From NCBI GenBank assembly GCA_032718475.1, contig JAUCBJ010000359.1, forward strand, positions 1-64,000: a stretch of DNA of 64,000 nucleotides, read 5' to 3'. Under the pieces are notes generated by a model. That model saw nothing but the letters and a program-made list of their open reading frames with translations, was not told where the DNA came from and ran no database searches. The DNA comes from Nemertoderma westbladi. Its lineage: Eukaryota > Animalia > Xenacoelomorpha. Each line of letters opens with the position of its first letter. Positions within the stretch are counted from its first letter, which is position 1. This document shows, in pieces, positions 57,401-64,000 of the stretch. Position numbers and translations under genes: made by a program.

Positions 57401-60400
57401 ATATTAGTAAAATAGAGAACGCTACCTATAATGGCAAAATATTAGTAAAATAGTGAACGCTACCTATAAGGCAAAATATTAGTAAAATATAGAACGCTAC
57501 CTATAATGGCAAAATATTAGTAAAATAGTGAACGCTACCTGTAAGGCAAAATATTTGTAAAATAGAGAACGCTACCTATAAGGCAAAATATTACTAAAAT
57601 AGAACAGAAAATATAAAATATTTGTAAAATAGAGAACGCTACCTATAATGGGAAAATATTAGTAAAATAGAGAACGCTACCTATAAGGCAAAATATTACT
57701 AAAATAGAACAGAAAATATAAAATATTTGTAAAATAGAGAACGCTACCTATAAGGCAAAATATTACTAAAATAGAACAGAAAATATAAAATATTTGTAAA
57801 ATAGAGAACACTACCTATAATGGGAAAATATTAGTAAAATAGAGAACGCTACCTATAAGGCAAAATATTACTAAAATAGAACAGAAAATATAAAATATTT
57901 GTAAAATAGAGAACGCTACCTATAATGGGAAAATATTAGTAAAATAGAGAACGCTACCTATAAGGGAAAATATTACTAAAATAGAACAGAAAATATAAAA
58001 TATTTGTAAAATAGAGAACGCTACCTATAAGGCAAAATATTACTAAAATAGAACAGAAAATATAAAATATTTGTAAAATAGAGAACGCTACCTATAATGG
58101 AAAAATATTAGTAAAATAGAGAACGTTACCTATAAGGCAAAATATTACTAAAATAGAACAGAAAATATAAAATATTTGTAAAATAGAGAACGCTACCTAT
58201 AAGGCAAAATATTACTAAAATAGAACAGAAAATATAAAATATTTGTAAAATAGAGAACGCTACCTATAAGGCAAAATATTACTAAAATAGAACAGAAAAT
58301 ATAAAATATTTGTAAAATAGAGAACGCTACCTATAAGGCAAAATATTACTAAAATAGAACAGAAAATATAAAATATTTGTTAAATAGAGAACGCTACCTA
58401 TAAGGCAAAATATTACTAAAATAGAACAGAAAATATAAAATATTTGTAAAATAGAGAACGCTACCTATAATGGGAAAATATTAGTAAAATAGAGAACGCT
58501 ACCTATAATGGCAAAATATTAGTAAAATAGTGAACGCTACCTATAAGGCAAAATATTAGTAAAATATAGAACGCTACCTATAATGGCAAAATATTAGTAA
58601 AATAGTGAATGCTACCTATAAGGCAAAATATTAGTAAAATAGAGAACGCTACCTATAATGGGAAAATATTAGTAAAATAGAGAACGCTACCTATAATGGC
58701 AAAATATTAGTAAAATAGTGAACGCTACCTATAAGGCAAAATATTAGTAAAATATAGAACGCTACCTATAATGGCAAAATATTAGTAAAATAGTGAACGC
58801 TACCTGTAAGGCAAAATATTTGTAAAATAGAGAACGCTACCTATAAGGCAAAATATTACTAAAATAGAACAGAAAATATAAAATATTTGTAAAATAGAGA
58901 ACGCTACCTATAATGGGAAAATATTAGTAAAATAGAGAACGCTACCTATAAGGCAAAATATTACTAAAATGGAACAGAAAATATAAAATATTTGTAAAAT
59001 AGAGAACGCTACCTATAAGGCAAAATATTACTAAAATAGAACAGAAAATATAAAATATTTGTAAAATAGAGAACACTACCTATAATGGGAAAATATTAGT
59101 AAAATAGAGAACGCTACCTATAAGGCAAAATATTACTAAAATAGAACAGAAAATATAAAATCTTTGTAAAATAGAGAACGCTACCTATAATGGGAAAATA
59201 TTAGTAAAATAGAGAACGCTACCTATAAGGCAAAATATTACTAAAATAGAACAGAAAATATAAAATATTTGTAAAATAGAGAACGCTACCTATAAGGCAA
59301 AATATTACTAAAATAGAACAGAAAATATAAAATATTTGTAAAATAGAGAACGCTACCTATAAGGCAAAATATTACTAAAATAGAACAGAAAATATAAAAT
59401 ATTTGTAAAATAGAGAACGCTACCTATAAGGCAAAATATTACTAAAATAGAACAGAAAATATAAAATATTTGTAAAATAGAGAACGCTACCTATAATGGG
59501 AAAATATTAGTAAAATAGAGAACGCTACCTATAAGGCAAAATATTACTAAAATAGAACAGAAAATATAAAATATTTGTAAAATAGAGAACGCTACCTATA
59601 AGGCAAAATATTACTAAAATAGAACAGAAAATATAAAATATTTGTAAAATAGAGAACGCTACCTATAATGGGAAAATATTAGTAAAATAGAGAACGCTAC
59701 CTATAAGGCAAAATATTACTAAAATAGAGAACGCTACCTATAATGGGAAAATATTAGTAAAATAGAGAACGCTACCTATAAGGCAAAATATTAGTAAAAT
59801 AGAGAACGCTACCTATAATGGGAAAATATTAGTAAAATAGAGAACACTATATAATGGCAAAATATTAGTAAAATAGAGAACGCTACCTATAATGGGAAAA
59901 TATTAGTAAAATAGAGAACGCTACCTATAATGGGAAAATATTAGTAAAATAGAGAATGCTACCTATAAGGCAAAATATTAGTAAAATAGAGAACGCTACC
60001 TATAAAGGCAAAATATTAGTCAAATAGAGAACGCTACCTATAAAGGGAAAATATTAGTAAAATAGAGAACGCTACCTATAATGGGAAAATATTAGTAAAA
60101 TAGAGAACGCTACCTATAATGGGAAAATATTAGTAAAATAGAGAACGCTACCTATAAGGCAAAATATTAGTAAAATAGAGAACGCTACCTATAAAGGAAA
60201 AATATTAGTAAAATAGAGAACGCTACCTGTAATGGCAAAATATTAGTAAAATAGAGAACGCTACCTATAAAGGGAAAATATTAGTAAAATAGAGAACGCT
60301 ACCTGTAATGGCAAAATAATAGTAAAATCGAGAACGCTACCTGTAATGGCAAAATATTAGTAAAATAGAGAACGCTACCTATAAGGCAAAATATTACTCA

Positions 60401-60570
60401 AATAGAACAGAAAATATAAAATATTTGTAAAATAGAGAACGCTACCTATAAGGCAAAATATTACTAAAATAGAACAGAAAATATAAAATATTTGTAAAAT
60501 AGAGAACGCTACCTATAAGGCAAAATATTACTAAAATAGAACAGAAAATATAAAATATTTGTAAAATAGA
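45451..60570. repeat. 67-bp composite subfamily domain (37-bp monomer plus 30-bp AAAATAGAACAGAAAATATAAAATATTTGT)
   Basis: The module first appears at 45451 and is frequent from about 48.1 to 60.6 kb; period 67 measured (48122 to 48189). Confidence 0.9.
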
Positions 60571-63345
60571 GAACGCTACCTATAATGGGAAAATATTAGT
60601 AAAATAGAGAACGCTACCTATAAGGCAAAATATTAGTAAAATAGAGAACGCTACCTATAATTGGAAAATATTAGTAAAATAGAGAACGCTACCTATAAGG
60701 CAAAATATTAGTAAAATAGAGAACGCTACCTATAATGGGAAAATATTAGTAAAATAGAGAACACTATATAATGGCAAAATATTAGTAAAATAGAGAACGC
60801 TACCTATAATGGGAAAATATTAGTAAAATAGAGAACGCTACCTATAATGGGAAAATATTAGTAAAATAGAGAACGCTACCTATAAGGCAAAATATTAGTA
60901 AAATAGAGAACGCTACCTATAAAGGCAAAATATTAGTCAAATAGAGAACGCTACCTATAAAGGGAAAATATTTGTAAAATAGAGAACGCTACCTATAATG
61001 GGAAAATATTAGTAAAATAGAGAACGCTACCTATAATGGGAAAATATTAGTAAAATAGAGAACGCTACCTATAAGGCAAAATATTAGTAAAATAGAGAAC
61101 GCTACCTATAAAGGGAAAATATTAGTAAAATAGAGAACGCTACCTGTAATGGCAAAATATTAGTAAAATAGAGAACGCTACCTATAAAGGGAAAATATTA
61201 GTAAAATAGAGAACGCTACCTGTAATGGCAAAATAATAGTAAAATCGAGAACGCTACCTGTAATGGCAAAATATTAGTAAAATATAGAACGCTACCTATA
61301 AGGCAAAATATTACTAAAATAGAGAATGCTACCTATAATGGGAAAATATTAGTAAAATAGTGAACGCTACCTATAATGGGAAAATATTAGTAAAATAGTG
61401 AACGCTACCTATAATGGGAAAATATTAGTAAAATAGTGAACGCTACCTATAATGGGAAAATATTAGTAAAATAGTGAACGCTACCTGTAATGGCAAAATA
61501 TTAGTAAAATAGAGAACGCTACCTGAAATGGCAAAATATTAGTAAAATAGAGAACGCTACCTATAATGGGAAAATATTAGTAAAATAGAGAACGCTACCT
61601 ATAAGGCAAAATATTACTAAAATAGAGAACGCTATATAATGGGAAAATATTAGTAAAATAGAGAATGCTACCTATAATGGGAAAATATTAGTAAAATAGA
61701 GAACGCTACCTATAAGGCAAAATATTACTAAAATAGAGAACGCTACCTATAATGGGAAAATATTAGTAAAATAGTGAGCGCTACCTATAATGGGAAAATA
61801 TTAGTAAAATAGTGAACGCTACCTATAATGGGAAAATATTAGTAAAATAGTGAACGCTACCTATAATGGGAAAATATTAGTAAAATAGTGAACGCTACCT
61901 GTAATGGCAAAATATTAGTAAAATAGAGAACGCTACCTGTAATGGCAAAATATTAGTAAAATAGAGAACGCTACCTATAATGGGAAAATATTAGTAAAAT
62001 AGAGAACGCTACCTATAAGGCAAAATATTACTAAAATAGAGAACGCTATATAATGGGAAAATATTAGTAAAATAGTGAACGCTACCTATAATGGCAAAAT
62101 ATTAGTAAAATAGAGAATGCTACCTATAATGGCAAAATAATAGTAAAAAAGAATAGAAAATATAAAATATTTGTAAAATAGAGAACGCTACCTGTAATGG
62201 CAAAATATTAGTAAAATAGAGAACGCTACCTATAATGGGAAAATATTAGTAAAATAGTGAACGCTACCTATAATGGGAAAATATTAGTAAAATAGTGAAC
62301 GCTACCTATAATGGGAAAATATTAGTAAAATAGTGAACGCTACCTATAATGGGAAAATATTAGTAAAATAGTGAACGCTACCTGTAATGGCAAAATATTA
62401 GTAAAATAGAGAACGCTATATAATGGGAAAATATTAGTAAAATAGTGAACGATACCTATAATGGCAAAATATTAGTAAAATAGAGAATGCTATAGAATGG
62501 GAAAATATTAGTAAAATAGTGAACGCTACCTATAATGGCAAAATAATAGTAAAAAAGAATAGAAAATATAAAATATTTGTAAAATAGTGAACGCTACCTG
62601 TAAAGGCAAAATATTAGTAAAATAGAGAACGCTACCTATAATGGGAAAATATTAGTAAAATAGAGAACGCTACCTATAAGGCAAAATATTAGTAAAATAG
62701 AGAACGCTATATAATGGGAAAATACTAGTAAAATAGTGAACGCTACCTATAATGGCAAAATATTAGTAAAATAGAGAACGCTACCTATAAGGCAAAATAT
62801 TAGTAAAATAGAGAACGCTACCTATAATGGGAAAATATTAGTAAAATAGAGAACGCTACCTATAAGGCAAAATAATACTAAAATAGAGAACGCTATATAA
62901 TGGGAAAATATTAGTAAAATAGTGAACGCTACCTATAATGGCAAAATATTAGTAAAATAGAGAACGCTACCTATAATGGCAAAATAATAGTAAAAAAGAA
63001 TAGAAAATATAAAATATTTGTAAAATAGAGAATGCTACCTGTAATGGCAAAATATTAGTAAAATAGAGAACGCTACCTATAATGGGAAAATATTAGTAAA
63101 ATGGAGAACGCTACCTATAAGGCAAAATATTAGTAAAATAGAGAACGCTATATAATGGGAAAATATTAGTAAAATAGTGAACGCTACCTATAATGGCAAA
63201 ATATTAGTAAAATAGAGAACGCTACCTATAATGGGAAAATATTAGTAAAATAGAGAACGCTACCTATAAGGCAAAATATTAGTAAAATAGAGAACGCTAC
63301 CTATAATGGGAAAATATTAGTAAAATAGAGAACGCTACCTATAAT

Positions 63346-64000
63346 CGACCCTTTTGCTAACTCAGTAATCAGACAGTCATGAGCCAGTCACAATCAGTAG
63401 TTAATAGGCATGTGTCCGGTCCTAATGCGGGTACCGGTGCAGGAGAACCCAGTAACAGGCGTGAGAGTTCTGGTAATACCACACCGGTTATTTCTGATAA
63501 CTTATTGGATGCAAATATGTGTAGACCCGACGGTGGCAATGTTATGGACACCAGTAGTACAGATGGTACCGGCCTCGAGAATTGTTTAACCAACTCCTCC
63601 TGGGCCGGGTCAACTCCAGGTGAACCGGTACCGGTAGTTGTAAATACGTGTTTGTCTTTTGCACTGCAATGTTTTTCTAATTCAGTATTTGGAATCGGTA
63701 GTACTGCCTGCCTGAAGCGTTTCTCTCCTGAGCAGATTTGGGCATCCAAGGTTCTATTATTTAACAAGTGTCTGGGATCAAGTTCGGACTTGATCAATAG
63801 GCGAGATACTGCTGAACGTTCAGCTGCAGAAGCTAATGTCAAAGACATATGGGATAAGATTCGCGATCTCGATCGAGCGGGTAAGTTACCCCTAATAGCG
63901 GTGGATGCATTGGATGCTTTATCGCTTCCATCGTTTCCGATTACGAATGATTCAGATAGTGTAAATCAGGCAGATCAGTCAGCGGGTTTCTCTATGATTG
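63346..64000 (+). mobile_element. 5' end of a probable non-LTR retrotransposon (LINE, CR1/L2/Jockey-group-like) abutting or inserted in the satellite
   Basis: Abrupt switch mid-monomer (...CCTATAAT|CGACCC) to higher-GC unique sequence carrying an intronless ORF1-like reading frame, antisense to the host gene. Confidence 0.65.
63379..64000 (+). CDS. Partial ORF (at least 207 aa, open at the window end) resembling invertebrate LINE ORF1 N-terminal domain
   Basis: ATG at 63379 follows an in-frame TAA (63358), with no stop up to 64000. After a low-complexity S/G/T N-terminus it reads VVNTCLSFALQCFSNS...ACLKRFSPEQIWASKVLLFNKC...RRDTAERSAAEANVKDIWDKIRDLDRAGKLPLIAVDALDALSLP. This fits, from memory, the N-x-x-L...F-x-x-E-x-I-x-x-A/S-K-x-x-L...RR...DI...P...LP pattern of the ORF1 family often mis-annotated as 'mutant cadherin'. 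Not database-verified. Confidence 0.7.
   Translation, partial: MSQSQSVVNRHVSGPNAGTGAGEPSNRRESSGNTTPVISDNLLDANMCRPDGGNVMDTSSTDGTGLENCLTNSSWAGSTPGEPVPVVVNTCLSFALQCFSNSVFGIGSTACLKRFSPEQIWASKVLLFNKCLGSSSDLINRRDTAERSAAEANVKDIWDKIRDLDRAGKLPLIAVDALDALSLPSFPITNDSDSVNQADQSAGFSMI

Larger units (their letters stand above)
2777..63345. repeat. Giant intronic satellite array, 38-bp monomer AAAATAGAGAACGCTACCTATAATGGCAAAATATTAGT (about 60.6 kb, roughly 1,500-1,600 monomers)
   Basis: Continuous head-to-tail copies in one orientation; period 38 measured directly (2851 to 2889). Recurrent 36- and 37-bp variants and a 30-bp module also occur. Copy number is estimated from length, not counted. Confidence 0.98.

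Noticed and set aside
45448-60570. MEF2 sites (CTAAAATAG) in the 67-bp subfamily
   Set aside because: One base short of the YTA(A/T)4TAR consensus.
2777-63345. CRISPR array (38-bp repeat length)
   Set aside because: Monomers are directly adjacent with no unique spacers, there are no cas genes, and the context is a spliceosomal-intron eukaryotic gene.
2777-63345. Bacterial -10 box (TATAAT) in each monomer
   Set aside because: Eukaryotic context and no -35 element; the hexamer is the reverse complement of the intron end ATTATA(G).
2777-63345. Array as a repetitive protein-coding region, or as a new intron made by duplicating purely exonic AGGT sequence
   Set aside because: The 38-bp period breaks frame and stops are frequent. 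In the exon's frame a TAA lies six codons upstream of the AG|GT, so the upstream part of the unit is intronic.
63369-63848. 159-aa minus-strand ORF as an upstream exon of the LDLa gene
   Set aside because: It is the antisense shadow of the longer plus-strand ORF1-like frame and has no LDLa/vWC cysteine pattern.

Overview
AT-rich metazoan (probably invertebrate) genomic DNA, not prokaryotic. Bases 289-2792 hold five minus-strand coding exons (2792-2640, 2087-1971, 1526-1327, 734-592, 443-289). They splice in frame through canonical GT-AG introns into a cysteine-rich extracellular protein: a vWC/TILa-like motif followed by LDL-receptor class A repeats, an SCO-spondin/LRP-like architecture. Bases 2777-63345 (about 60.6 kb, roughly 1,500-1,600 monomers by length) are a head-to-tail satellite with a 38-bp monomer lying in the intron upstream of exon 2792-2640. 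The monomer is that exon's own 3' splice site: branch-point-like TACTAAT, a short U-rich tract, YAG, and the first ~16 nt of the exon, which begins with GT. The pre-mRNA would therefore carry on the order of 1,500 tandem acceptor copies with AG|GT junctions. The array shows kb-scale higher-order duplications, a nested 67-bp subfamily, CpG-decay variants and a CArG box in the majority monomer. It ends abruptly mid-monomer at 63345, where a plus-strand ORF resembling non-LTR retrotransposon ORF1 begins and runs off the window.
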